46,466 nt of DNA from an uncultured Clostridium sp. (GCA_964545285.1 CAZJEW010000003.1:1-46466), one strand, 5' to 3'; positions 8,300 to 18,227 are shown, numbered from the stretch's first letter. The notes: generated by a model from the letters alone, not told the origin. Made by a program: numbers and translations.

Positions 8300-8974
8300 A
8301 TGGATGATATATTAAACGAAATAGTTAATAATAAGGATAAATCATATAGAATATTTAGTATAAAGAGTATTCCAAACATTAATTCAAATAAAATTATAGG
8401 AGTAAGAATACCAATACTCAGAAATATTTCAAAAAAATATTATAGTTATAGAAAAAAATTTATGAATAATCTACCACATAAATACCAGGAAGAGAATCTT
8501 ATTCATTCTTTTTTTATAAGTCAAAATACAAATTTAGATGAAGTTTTAACTGAATTGGATACTTTTCTTCCATACATTGATAATTGGGCAGTAAGCGATA
8601 CAATAAGTCCAAAAGTATTTAAGAAAGACTTGAACAAAGTATATAAATATATAAAAAAGTGGATCAAATCAAAGTATGTTTATGAAAAAAGATTTGCAAT
8701 TTGTTCATTACTTCAATTTTATTTAGATAGTGATTTTGATTTAAAATATAATAATTTGGTATTAAGTGTTAAAAGTAATGAATACTATATTAATATGGCT
8801 ATTGCTTGGTATTTTAGTTTTGCTCTTATTAAACAATATGATAAAACCATTTCTATTTTTGAAAATAAATTGTTAGATAAATGGGTGCATAATAAATCAA
8901 TTCAAAAAGCAATAGAAAGCTATAGAATAAGTGATGAAAAGAAAAAATATTTAAAATCTCTTAAAATTATATAG
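8300..8974 (+). CDS. DNA alkylation repair (AlkD/YhaZ-like, HEAT-repeat) family protein
   Basis: Family-typical strings: GVRIPILRNISKKY, NLPHKYQEENLIH, LPYIDNWAVSDT, EYYINMAIAWYFSFA, IQKAIESYRIS. The ATG immediately follows the upstream TAA. Confidence 0.75.
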   Translation: MDDILNEIVNNKDKSYRIFSIKSIPNINSNKIIGVRIPILRNISKKYYSYRKKFMNNLPHKYQEENLIHSFFISQNTNLDEVLTELDTFLPYIDNWAVSDTISPKVFKKDLNKVYKYIKKWIKSKYVYEKRFAICSLLQFYLDSDFDLKYNNLVLSVKSNEYYINMAIAWYFSFALIKQYDKTISIFENKLLDKWVHNKSIQKAIESYRISDEKKKYLKSLKII

Positions 8975-9023
8975 TATTTTCAATATACAATGTGTCAATA
9001 TACTGCAATGTATTAGATACTAC

Positions 9024-9051
9024 TTGACAAAGCATAGTAGTATGATATTAT
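9024..9051 (+). promoter_or_regulatory. sigma-A promoter (TTGACA-16 nt-TGATATTAT) for the ABC pair, overlapped by an 8-bp inverted repeat
   Basis: TTGACA at 9024-9029 and TG-extended TATTAT at 9046-9051. ATACTACT (9017-9024) and AGTAGTAT (9036-9043) flank the -35. Confidence 0.6.
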
Positions 9052-9067
9052 TAATATGAGGTGAAAT

Positions 9068-11290
9068 ATGCTAAAACTCAAAAATGTATCAAAATTTTAT
9101 TATAACAAAGGCATAGTTACAAGTGGATTTAATAAGATTTCACTTAATTTTAATTTAGGAGAATTCGTTGCTATTACTGGAGAAAGTGGTAGTGGAAAAT
9201 CAACTCTTCTCAATGTACTTTCAGGACTAGATTCTTACGAAGAAGGAGAAATGTATATTAATGGTGAGGAAACTAGCCATTATACTGAAATAGATTATGA
9301 AATATATAGAAGAAAATATATAAGTAATATTTTTCAAAATTTTAATTTGATTAATAGTTATACTGTGTATCAAAATATAGAATTAGTTCTTCTATTAAAT
9401 GGATTTAAAAAAAGAGATATTAAAGAAAAAATATTAAATATTATAAAAGATGTTGGATTGTATAAATATCGAAACAGAAGAGTTTCTAAGTTATCTGGCG
9501 GTCAAAAGCAAAGAGTGGCTATTGCAAGAGCTCTTGCAAAGGATACTCCTATTATTTTAGCAGACGAACCTACAGGAAATTTGGATTTTGCATCAAGTGA
9601 CAGCGTATTAAAATTGTTAAGTGAAATTGCAAAAGATAAATTAGTTATAATTGTTACCCATAATTATAACCAAATAGAAAAATATGTAACAAGAAAAATT
9701 ACTATGCATGATGGTAAAGTCTTAGAAGATAAGAGAATTAAAGAAGTAAAAGAAGTAAAAGAATCAATAAATAATATTTATAAAGATATGACAATAATTA
9801 ATAAATTAAGAATAGGTATTAGGAACACATTTAATGTAGTACCAAAGTTTTTATTGATTTTTGTTGTATATTTATTTATTATTTTTGCATTAACTTCATC
9901 ATATTCATCATTTAAAAAATCAGAATATGAATTATCTTCACAAGGGTACTCATCTTTTTTTAATGAATTAAGTGATAAAAGAATAGTAATTAATAAGAAA
10001 GATAGAACAAATATTACCGAAAATGATTACGAAGAATTACAGAAAACTTATGGAATTGATTATGTAATTAAAAATGATTTAACCTTAGATACTTCTATAA
10101 GTATTTCTTCTGATTACTATTCTTTTTATGGAAAAGTTAATAATGCTAATCAAATTGATTTTGAGATAGCTTATGGAAGAAAACCTGAAAGTGATAATGA
10201 AGTGTTAATACTTGGTTCAAGTAACGATTATTTTTTAACAGAATACATTGATGATATATTAGATAAAACATTTTATATATCTGATTTGTCTAACTGGACT
10301 ACTGATGAGAAATATAATGTAAAAGTCGTAGGAATAGCATACTCAGATAATTTTTCAGCATTTGATAATGCATATTTTTATGTTAATGATTCAATAATAG
10401 ATGATTTAGTTGATAATTTGAATAAACAAAATAGTACCGTAAAATACACTTTTAATGATACAGAATATGATTCGCATTTTAATAGTATAAATAGTGAAAT
10501 ACTCCCAAATAACAATGTACCTAGAGGTGGTTATATTATATCTGAAGATTTACGATCTGAGTGTTCTAAGTTAAAATGTAATAATTATAAATTGAATATA
10601 TTAGTTAAAAGTGTTTACTATGAAGATAGAATAGAATTATCTTATAATAACTATTATAAAAAAAGTAATTTCAATAAATTATTAGGAATACAATATGATA
10701 AATATAATGGAGCAATATTCATTAATACAGAAGATTATAATAATTTGTTTAACAAAGGATACTTTCAAAGTAGTGTATTTATAAAAAATGTTGATGATAA
10801 AGATATTACAATGTCTGTTTTAAACAAGATGGGATATAATACTCTTTATATAAAAGATACATTAACCAATTATTATGAAGAAGAATTAGCAATTGTTAAA
10901 ATAATTGAAGTGATTTTATTAGCAACTTTATTAATAGCATTATTCTTTATTTCTTACTTTATAATTAAAATAATATTGAAGTCTAGAAATGTGTATTTCG
11001 CTACAGTAAGAATATTGGGTGGTTCTATTAAATCAATAAAGCAATTACTTGATATTGAACTATTCACAATATCATTATTATCTTATATGGTATTCTTTAT
11101 ATTTCTATATTTATTAAATAATGATGTTATTAATATAATATATTTAAAAGAAATGTATAATTATTTAAATGTATTTGATTATGTAGTATTTATATTAATT
11201 ACATTTATAATGTCAAGATTAATTACGAATAGATTTACAAGAAAATTATTCTCTTCTTCAGCTATGAACACATATAAGGAAGAGGTGTAG
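9068..11290 (+). CDS. fused ABC ATPase / FtsX-type (MacB-like) permease
   Basis: Walker A GESGSGKST, Q-loop IFQNFNL, signature LSGGQKQR, Walker B ILADEPTGNLD, H-loop VTHN. These are followed by TM1, a ~330-aa extracytoplasmic domain and three C-terminal TMs. Confidence 0.85.
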   Translation: MLKLKNVSKFYYNKGIVTSGFNKISLNFNLGEFVAITGESGSGKSTLLNVLSGLDSYEEGEMYINGEETSHYTEIDYEIYRRKYISNIFQNFNLINSYTVYQNIELVLLLNGFKKRDIKEKILNIIKDVGLYKYRNRRVSKLSGGQKQRVAIARALAKDTPIILADEPTGNLDFASSDSVLKLLSEIAKDKLVIIVTHNYNQIEKYVTRKITMHDGKVLEDKRIKEVKEVKESINNIYKDMTIINKLRIGIRNTFNVVPKFLLIFVVYLFIIFALTSSYSSFKKSEYELSSQGYSSFFNELSDKRIVINKKDRTNITENDYEELQKTYGIDYVIKNDLTLDTSISISSDYYSFYGKVNNANQIDFEIAYGRKPESDNEVLILGSSNDYFLTEYIDDILDKTFYISDLSNWTTDEKYNVKVVGIAYSDNFSAFDNAYFYVNDSIIDDLVDNLNKQNSTVKYTFNDTEYDSHFNSINSEILPNNNVPRGGYIISEDLRSECSKLKCNNYKLNILVKSVYYEDRIELSYNNYYKKSNFNKLLGIQYDKYNGAIFINTEDYNNLFNKGYFQSSVFIKNVDDKDITMSVLNKMGYNTLYIKDTLTNYYEEELAIVKIIEVILLATLLIALFFISYFIIKIILKSRNVYFATVRILGGSIKSIKQLLDIELFTISLLSYMVFFIFLYLLNNDVINIIYLKEMYNYLNVFDYVVFILITFIMSRLITNRFTRKLFSSSAMNTYKEEV

Positions 11291-11291
11291 T

Positions 11292-13721
11292 ATGATTAAA
11301 TTAGAAAAAGTTAATAAATATTTTTATAGACATAAGAAAAATCAAATACATGTTATAAATAATACGAATTTAGAATTTGAAAATGCAGGACTAGTAGCTC
11401 TTTTAGGGCCTTCAGGATGTGGAAAAACAACTTTATTAAATGCAATTGGAGGGCTAGATAAGGTTAATAGTGGAAAGATTTATATTAATGATAAAATAAT
11501 TACAAAAAGAAGAAGTTATTATGTAGATAAAATAAGAAATATAAATATAGGATATATTTTTCAAGATTATAATTTAATAGATAATTTATCTGTATTTGAT
11601 AATGTTGCATTATCATTAAAAATAAATGGAATTAAAAATAAAGATGAAATTAAAAAAAGAGTAAACTATGTTTTAGAAAAAGTTGATATGTATCGTTACA
11701 GAAACAGATATGCATCAATGTTATCTGGTGGTGAAAGACAAAGAGTAGGAATAGCAAGGGCTATAGTAAAAGATCCAAGTATTATAATTGCCGATGAACC
11801 AACAGGAAATTTAGATAGTAAAAACTCATTAGAAGTTATGAATATTATAAAAGCGATTTCTAAAGATAGATTAGTTATTCTGGTTACACATGAAACAGAT
11901 TTAGCTGAGTTTTACGCAAGTAGAATCATAGATATTAAAGATGGAGAAATAGTTAATGATAGAATAAATGATCATACAAATGATTTGGATTACAGATTGG
12001 ACAATAAGATATATTTAAAAGATTTAAAAAATCATTATTCTTTATCAAATAAAAATGTTAATATAGATTATTATTCAAATGACAAAAATAAATTAGATAT
12101 TGATATTGTTATTCAAAATGGAAATATTTATATTAAAACAAAATCAAATGAAAAGTTAGAAATAGTTGATGATGACTCATCAATTGAATTTGAAGATAGT
12201 CATTATAAAAAAATATCAAAAACTATCTATGAGGAATATAATTTCGATTTTGATCAAATCATAAATAAAAATATTAAAAAAAGATATTCCTCAATATTTA
12301 ATCCAATTACATTATTAATTAATGGTTTTAGAAAAGTTAGAGATTATTCTTTTTCAAAAAAATTATTATTAATAGGATTCTTTGTTACAGGGTTATTTAT
12401 TATGAATTTATTTAGTAATATTCTTGGTGTAACAAATATAAAAGATAGTGATTTTGTAACAGTAAACAAGAATTATTTAGAAATAATAATAGATAAGATT
12501 AATGTAGATGATTATTTTTCATATAAAAGAAATGAATTAGTAGATTATATTTTACCAGGAAATTCTAAAGTTAGTTTAACATTAAAAGTAAATGATTATT
12601 ATCAAACAAGTAATTTTTCAACAAATGTAAGTGGTTCATTATCAAGTTTAAGTCTTATAAATGAAGAAGATTTGATATTGGGAACTTTCCCTACAAATTC
12701 GCATGAAATAGTTTTAGATATATCAGTTATAAAAAAAGTTTTTGATAATAGTTCAATTAAAGAAGCCGGCGTTTTGAAAAATGAAGATTTTATTGGTAGA
12801 AAATTAAATGTAAACAATATGAATGATTTTATTATAGTAGGGATTGTTGATAAAGGTGATCCAAGTATTTACACAAATGAAAATGAATTTATTAACATAC
12901 TTTATAATTCAAATCCGAGTGATATGGAATATTCAAGTTCATCTGAAATGAACTCTAATTTAATAGATTATTCATTAGTACAAGATAAAATAGTATTAAA
13001 AGGAGGAAGATACCCCTATAACGATTATGAAGTTATAATAAGAAATGAACTTAAAGATGAATATAAACTAAATAAACCATTAAATATCAAGGTAAATGGA
13101 ATTAATTTAATAGTTGTAGGTTATTATTCAAGTAGCTCAATCAAAGATAAATATTTAGTATGTGGAAGTACAGTAAGTTACGATTTGATATCTAAATCAT
13201 CAAATATTACTATTTATTCTAAGGAAAAAGAAACTGCGTTGAATTATTTTAAAGAATCAGGATTAAATGCTGTAGACACATATAATAATGATAAGGCTGA
13301 ATACAAAAAAGGAATAAAAGATTTTGTAATTACTTGTCTTGTTGTATGTTTAGTTACATTGTTAATATCATTAATCGAAATATATTTAATGATACGATCA
13401 TCATTCTTGTCTAGAATTAAAGAAGTAGGTATTTATAGAGCAATAGGAATGAAAAAAAGAGACATTAAAAAGATGTTTTTAGGGGAGATAATAGCTATTA
13501 CTACTTTAGCAAGTTTACCTGGTGTTATATTAATGTCATATATAGTTAAACAATTAACAACGATGTCATATTTTGAAAAAAATTATTTAATTAATTATAA
13601 AATTATTTTAATTATAATAGTATTTATATATATATTTAATATATTTGTTGGATTAATACCTGTAAAAAGAGTACTAAGACAAACACCGGCAAAAATATTA
13701 AGCAGAAGTGATTTGGAATAA
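11292..13721 (+). CDS. fused ABC ATPase / FtsX-type (MacB-like) permease, paralogue
   Basis: Walker A GPSGCGKTT, LSGGERQR, IIADEPTGNLD, VTHE. Same TM1, large loop and 3-TM layout. The ATG is 1 nt after the upstream stop, with an RBS inside the upstream gene. Confidence 0.85.
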   Translation: MIKLEKVNKYFYRHKKNQIHVINNTNLEFENAGLVALLGPSGCGKTTLLNAIGGLDKVNSGKIYINDKIITKRRSYYVDKIRNINIGYIFQDYNLIDNLSVFDNVALSLKINGIKNKDEIKKRVNYVLEKVDMYRYRNRYASMLSGGERQRVGIARAIVKDPSIIIADEPTGNLDSKNSLEVMNIIKAISKDRLVILVTHETDLAEFYASRIIDIKDGEIVNDRINDHTNDLDYRLDNKIYLKDLKNHYSLSNKNVNIDYYSNDKNKLDIDIVIQNGNIYIKTKSNEKLEIVDDDSSIEFEDSHYKKISKTIYEEYNFDFDQIINKNIKKRYSSIFNPITLLINGFRKVRDYSFSKKLLLIGFFVTGLFIMNLFSNILGVTNIKDSDFVTVNKNYLEIIIDKINVDDYFSYKRNELVDYILPGNSKVSLTLKVNDYYQTSNFSTNVSGSLSSLSLINEEDLILGTFPTNSHEIVLDISVIKKVFDNSSIKEAGVLKNEDFIGRKLNVNNMNDFIIVGIVDKGDPSIYTNENEFINILYNSNPSDMEYSSSSEMNSNLIDYSLVQDKIVLKGGRYPYNDYEVIIRNELKDEYKLNKPLNIKVNGINLIVVGYYSSSSIKDKYLVCGSTVSYDLISKSSNITIYSKEKETALNYFKESGLNAVDTYNNDKAEYKKGIKDFVITCLVVCLVTLLISLIEIYLMIRSSFLSRIKEVGIYRAIGMKKRDIKKMFLGEIIAITTLASLPGVILMSYIVKQLTTMSYFEKNYLINYKIILIIIVFIYIFNIFVGLIPVKRVLRQTPAKILSRSDLE

Positions 13722-13726
13722 ATATA

Positions 13727-13759
13727 ATACACATAATATCTAAATTATGTGTATTTTTT
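13727..13759 (+). terminator. rho-independent terminator
   Basis: Perfect 11-bp stem ATACACATAAT / ATTATGTGTAT, 6-nt loop, then a T5 run. Confidence 0.8.
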
Positions 13760-13795
13760 ATTGATAATATATTATATAATTATGTTGGTGATATT

Positions 13796-14167
13796 ATGAA
13801 AAAAATAATTATTATTCTGTTATGTTTTATGTTATTTGCCTGTTCAAATGATAAAGCTAAATCATTATGGCCGTGTGATAATGTTATTGAATATTCATTA
13901 GGAAATATAGTATCTGTAAAAAATGAAGAGATTCAATATGAAATTAAAATAGATAATACATCTAAAGAAGATTATAATAATTATATATCTGCTTTAGAAA
14001 GCGTATCTTATGTTTATTATGAAGCTTATGGTAATCAGGATAATAATATATGGACCGGAACTGATAATAATATGTTTGTAGAAGCAGATTATATTAATGA
14101 ATCAGAATATGAAGGATATAATGTGGTAATAAAAATATTTAAAACCAAACCAACTGATTGGAAGTAA
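13796..14167 (+). CDS. small lipoprotein, function unknown
   Basis: MKKIIIILLCFMLFACSN is a signal peptide plus lipobox (L-F-A-C). Confidence 0.65.
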   Translation: MKKIIIILLCFMLFACSNDKAKSLWPCDNVIEYSLGNIVSVKNEEIQYEIKIDNTSKEDYNNYISALESVSYVYYEAYGNQDNNIWTGTDNNMFVEADYINESEYEGYNVVIKIFKTKPTDWK

Positions 14168-14232
14168 TAATATTATAAGGTCTTTATAATATGCGTAGGA
14201 AGGAAATCAAGATTTATTGATTAAGTGCTGGA

Positions 14233-15180
14233 ATGAGAAAGTTATCTATTATAATTCCGTGTTATAACGAAAGTCAAAATATTAGTTATATATATAATGA
14301 AATTAAAAATGAAAAGCCTAATATTAATAGAATAGAAGAACTTGAATATGAAATATTGTTTATAGATGATGGTTCTAAAGATAATACAATAGATGAAATT
14401 AAAAAATTATCTGCAAGGGACTCATCAATAAAATATATATCTTTTTCAAGAAACTTTGGCAAAGAATCAGCGATGTATGCTGGATTTAAAAATGCCACAG
14501 GAGATTATATTGTAATAATGGATGCTGATGGACAAGATCCTGTGAATTTGTTGCATGAAATGGTCTCATATATTAAAACTGGAGATTACGAGTGTGTTGC
14601 GACAAAAAGAAGCAATAGGACTGGTGAAGCAATAATTCGTTCGTTTTTTGCAAAAAGCTTTTATAAAGTTATTAATATGGTTTCTGATACAAAAATAATA
14701 GATGGTGCAAGAGATTATAGAATGTGCACGAGAAAATATGTTAATTCTATAGTAGAGTTAACTGAGTATAACCGATTTTCTAAAGGATTATTTAATTGGG
14801 TAGGATATAAAACAAAGTGGTTAGAATATAATAATATTAATAGAAAATATGGAAAAACTAAATGGTCGTTTAAAAAATTATTTGATTATAGTCTTGATGG
14901 AATAATGGCTTTTTCAACCACACCATTGATTATTGTCTCTATTATCGGATCTATTGTATGTTTATTTTCATTAGCTTTTTTTATCTATATTATTATAAAT
15001 AAAATAAATGGTAATCCTGTAGAAGGATGGACATCGTTAGCCTGTTTAATAACATTTATTGGTGGAATAATAATATTTTCTATTGGTATTGTCAGCCAAT
15101 ATATGGCAAAAATGTATTTCGAAATTAAAAAAAGACCATTATATCTTATAAATGATAATAATATAAAAGGAGCGAAATAA
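14233..15180 (+). CDS. GT2 polyprenyl-phosphate glycosyltransferase (GtrB/CsbB/DPM1-like)
   Basis: IIIPCYNE, DDGSKDNT, MDADGQD (DxD), plus two C-terminal TM helices typical of GtrB/ArnC-type enzymes. Confidence 0.85.
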   Translation: MRKLSIIIPCYNESQNISYIYNEIKNEKPNINRIEELEYEILFIDDGSKDNTIDEIKKLSARDSSIKYISFSRNFGKESAMYAGFKNATGDYIVIMDADGQDPVNLLHEMVSYIKTGDYECVATKRSNRTGEAIIRSFFAKSFYKVINMVSDTKIIDGARDYRMCTRKYVNSIVELTEYNRFSKGLFNWVGYKTKWLEYNNINRKYGKTKWSFKKLFDYSLDGIMAFSTTPLIIVSIIGSIVCLFSLAFFIYIIINKINGNPVEGWTSLACLITFIGGIIIFSIGIVSQYMAKMYFEIKKRPLYLINDNNIKGAK

Positions 15181-15881
15181 TGGATTTAATAGAAACATCA
15201 AATAATAGTAATCGTCATCCATGGGAATTATCAAGGACCAGATGTTTAATTAATGAAATTAAAAAATCCCATTCTAATGGTGATATATTAGATATTGGCA
15301 GTGGAGATATGTATTTTGACAAAGAATTATTAAAAAACAATGTTAATATAAACTCTTTAAGAGGAATTGATATAAATTTAAAAGAGAATATTGAAAGTAA
15401 TAAATGTAAATGGTTTAATGATTATAAAAAACTAGATATTAAACAATTTGATACTATTATTATGATGGATGTGATTGAACATATTGAAAATGATGATGAA
15501 TTTTTAATCAATACAATAGGACCTTTGTTAAAAAATAATGGTAAGATAATTATGACTATTCCTGCATATCAATTTTTATATTCAAAACATGATGAAGTAT
15601 TAAAACATTATAGAAGATATAATATTAAAATGATAAAAAACCTTTGTAACAAATCTAATTTTAGAATTAAAAGATATCATTATTTTTATTTCTTATTATT
15701 ATTTCCAAGATTATTAACTAAGAAAAGAGAAAATAAAATTAATGATTGGAAATTCAATGAAAAATCATTAATTACTAGATTTATAAAAACTATTCTTAAT
15801 ATAGACTATAAAATATCTTCTTTGCTTGGAAAACACTCTTCTGGATTAAGTTTATTTGTAATAATGGAAAAATGTAAATAA
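15180..15881 (+). CDS. class I SAM-dependent methyltransferase
   Basis: Motif I ILDIGSGDMYF and post-I/II IIMMDVIEHI. TAATG overlap with the GT2 gene. Confidence 0.75.
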   Translation: MDLIETSNNSNRHPWELSRTRCLINEIKKSHSNGDILDIGSGDMYFDKELLKNNVNINSLRGIDINLKENIESNKCKWFNDYKKLDIKQFDTIIMMDVIEHIENDDEFLINTIGPLLKNNGKIIMTIPAYQFLYSKHDEVLKHYRRYNIKMIKNLCNKSNFRIKRYHYFYFLLLFPRLLTKKRENKINDWKFNEKSLITRFIKTILNIDYKISSLLGKHSSGLSLFVIMEKCK

Positions 15882-15940
15882 GTATTATAATTATAATATA
15901 ATTATTTTTTTGTGGTATACTTCATAGTAGAGGAGTATCT

Positions 15941-16747
15941 ATGAAATACGTTATTATAACTGGTGCTGGTAACGGACTGGGATATCAGACAACCAAAGCT
16001 TTAGTTGATAGAGGGTATTTTGTTTATGCATGTGATATAAATATTGATACGTTCAAAAATAAGCCTGTACAAAATGTTAGACCTCTTGTAGTTGACGTTA
16101 CTAATAACAATTCTATTGTCGAAGCATATAAAGTTATTAAGAAAATATCTCCTAAAATTGATGCTATCATTAATTTTGCTGGTATATCTTTATTTGGATC
16201 ACTTATTGAAACTAAACTTGAATCAATTCAAAAAGTTATTGATGTTAATCTATTTGGAACTATACGAATGAATAAAGTCTTTTATTATTTATTAAAAGAA
16301 AATGAAGGTAGAATAATTAACATAAGTAGTGAAAATGGATGGCAAACTCCTTCGCCTTTTAATGGTATATATTCTATGAGTAAATATGCATTAGAAGCAT
16401 ATAATGATTCTTTAAGAAGAGAGTTAATGTTTCTTGGAATAAAAGTTATTAAAATACAACCTGGAAGTTTTAAATCTAATATGCATAATCAAGTAAGATT
16501 TCAATTTAATGAGTTTGTTAAAAATACAAAATTATATCCTAAAGTCGCTAAAAATATAGGAAAATCCATGAATAGAGAACTTGATAATAATAATGATATA
16601 AAATATTTATTAGAGGCAATATATCATGCCTTAGAAAGTAATAATCCGAAAATTAATTATAGAGTTAAGAATAGTAAGCAATTATCTTTCTTAACAAAAT
16701 TATCAGCTAAAAAAGCTGATAAGCTATTTTATAAGAGTTTAAAATGA
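15941..16747 (+). CDS. short-chain dehydrogenase/reductase (SDR)
   Basis: TGAGNGLG cofactor motif, NISS, and catalytic YSMSK (YxxxK). Confidence 0.85.
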   Translation: MKYVIITGAGNGLGYQTTKALVDRGYFVYACDINIDTFKNKPVQNVRPLVVDVTNNNSIVEAYKVIKKISPKIDAIINFAGISLFGSLIETKLESIQKVIDVNLFGTIRMNKVFYYLLKENEGRIINISSENGWQTPSPFNGIYSMSKYALEAYNDSLRRELMFLGIKVIKIQPGSFKSNMHNQVRFQFNEFVKNTKLYPKVAKNIGKSMNRELDNNNDIKYLLEAIYHALESNNPKINYRVKNSKQLSFLTKLSAKKADKLFYKSLK

Positions 16748-17430
16748 AAAAGATATATAAATATAAAATGAACCCAGTACTAATGAATATTAGTGCTGTT
16801 ATACTCTATCTGTTAATAATTATTCCTTTATATATTTTCTATAAGGAAGAATTATTTAATGTTAATATATCTGCATATGTTATTTTATTATTATGGTTTA
16901 TATTGCATGAAGTATTTCATTATCTTGGTTTCCTTATAAATAAAAATATTGATGCTAAAGATCTCTTTTTGGGTATGTACATTGAAAAAGGAATATTTTA
17001 TTGTATGTGTAAAAAAGAAATAGATAAAAAAGGAATACTTATAGCATTATCATTTCCATTTATGTTTATTGGTGTTATTACATTAATAATAGGTATAATA
17101 TTTAACATTAATACGTTAATTTTCTTATCTACTATTAATTTGGCAGCATCTATTGGTGATATTCTTATGTTTATTCAAATATTAAGATTTCCTAATGATA
17201 TTAAGTATACAGATATAGATGATTCTACTGGATATGTAATAATATCAAAAAAAAATATTTCAAATATCAAAACATTAGCAATTAAATTGGATAAGGTAGA
17301 AAAATATGATTCTAAAAAACTAATTCACAAAGATAATAATAGAATTAATATTACTAAATCATCATGGATATTTTTAATTATATATATACTTTTAATAATT
17401 ATTTATTATATTTTAAATAATATGGTATAA
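16744..17430 (+). CDS. DUF3267-like membrane protein (putative zincin, HExxH)
   Basis: HEVFH motif within a TM-rich protein. ATGA overlap with the SDR gene. Confidence 0.55.
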   Translation: MKKIYKYKMNPVLMNISAVILYLLIIIPLYIFYKEELFNVNISAYVILLLWFILHEVFHYLGFLINKNIDAKDLFLGMYIEKGIFYCMCKKEIDKKGILIALSFPFMFIGVITLIIGIIFNINTLIFLSTINLAASIGDILMFIQILRFPNDIKYTDIDDSTGYVIISKKNISNIKTLAIKLDKVEKYDSKKLIHKDNNRINITKSSWIFLIIYILLIIIYYILNNMV

Positions 17431-17446
17431 TATCTTTGGTGAATTT

Positions 17447-18157
17447 ATGAATACAAGTGCTTTAATTATAACCTTTATATCAGGTATAGCCTTTATAATA
17501 GGTTATTTAATAACAATTTTAATAAACAATAAAAAAAGTTTAATTGTTTTTTCTGTTGGTTTTGCTTTTTCAATATTATTAGGCTTAATATTATTTGATT
17601 TATTGCCAGAATGTATAGAGTTAGTGAATAAACGGTATTTAATTATTATTTATATAGTAATTGGAATATTAATATTAAAATCATTAGATTTATTATTACC
17701 AGGTCATAAGCATAATCATTCACATAATCATATGGAACATATTAATTTAATGTCTTGTGTTGCTATTTTATTACATAATATAATAGAAGCTACAGCTATA
17801 TATACCACAAGTGTATCTAATATTAAAATAGGTGCTATTATGTCACTAGGAGTTATATGTCATAACATTCCATTAGGAATACAAATTTCGTCATTGGCTA
17901 AAAATAATAAAGAGGGATTGGTTATGACTTCATTGTTAGCAATATCAAGTATAATAGGTGCAATAACAATTATTATATTTAACATAACATTTAGTCCAAG
18001 TGTTGAAGGACTATTTATAGGTATTACACTTGGTATGTTAATATATTTAGTTTTCTTTGAACTTCTATGCGAAGTAAAGGAGCATATTAAAGAAAAAGAA
18101 ATGTTCTATGGATTATTTATGGGTGTAATGATCATAATATTAATATCAAATATGTAA
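17447..18157 (+). CDS. ZIP-family metal (zinc) transporter
   Basis: Polytopic protein with a His-rich loop HKHNHSHNHMEH and conserved HNIPLG-type TM motifs. Confidence 0.75.
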   Translation: MNTSALIITFISGIAFIIGYLITILINNKKSLIVFSVGFAFSILLGLILFDLLPECIELVNKRYLIIIYIVIGILILKSLDLLLPGHKHNHSHNHMEHINLMSCVAILLHNIIEATAIYTTSVSNIKIGAIMSLGVICHNIPLGIQISSLAKNNKEGLVMTSLLAISSIIGAITIIIFNITFSPSVEGLFIGITLGMLIYLVFFELLCEVKEHIKEKEMFYGLFMGVMIIILISNM

Positions 18158-18176
18158 TGTAAAAAAAATGTTAAAT

Positions 18177-18206
18177 AAACAAGGAATGAGAATTCTTTGT
18201 TTTTAA
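18177..18206 (+). terminator. rho-independent terminator
   Basis: Stem AAACAAGGAAT / ATTCTTTGTTT (one G-U pair), GAGA loop, then a T-rich tail. Confidence 0.6.
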
Positions 18207-18227
18207 TTGTGATAAAATGAATATATC

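Noticed and set aside
7879-8379. 166-aa minus-strand ORF antisense to the shared C-terminal module and the start of the AlkD-like gene
   Set aside because: It is the reverse reading of the GGA/GCA/ACA-rich glycine-zipper and Thr-rich codons. It yields low-complexity P/V/A/S sequence, has no RBS, and lies fully inside well-supported plus-strand genes.
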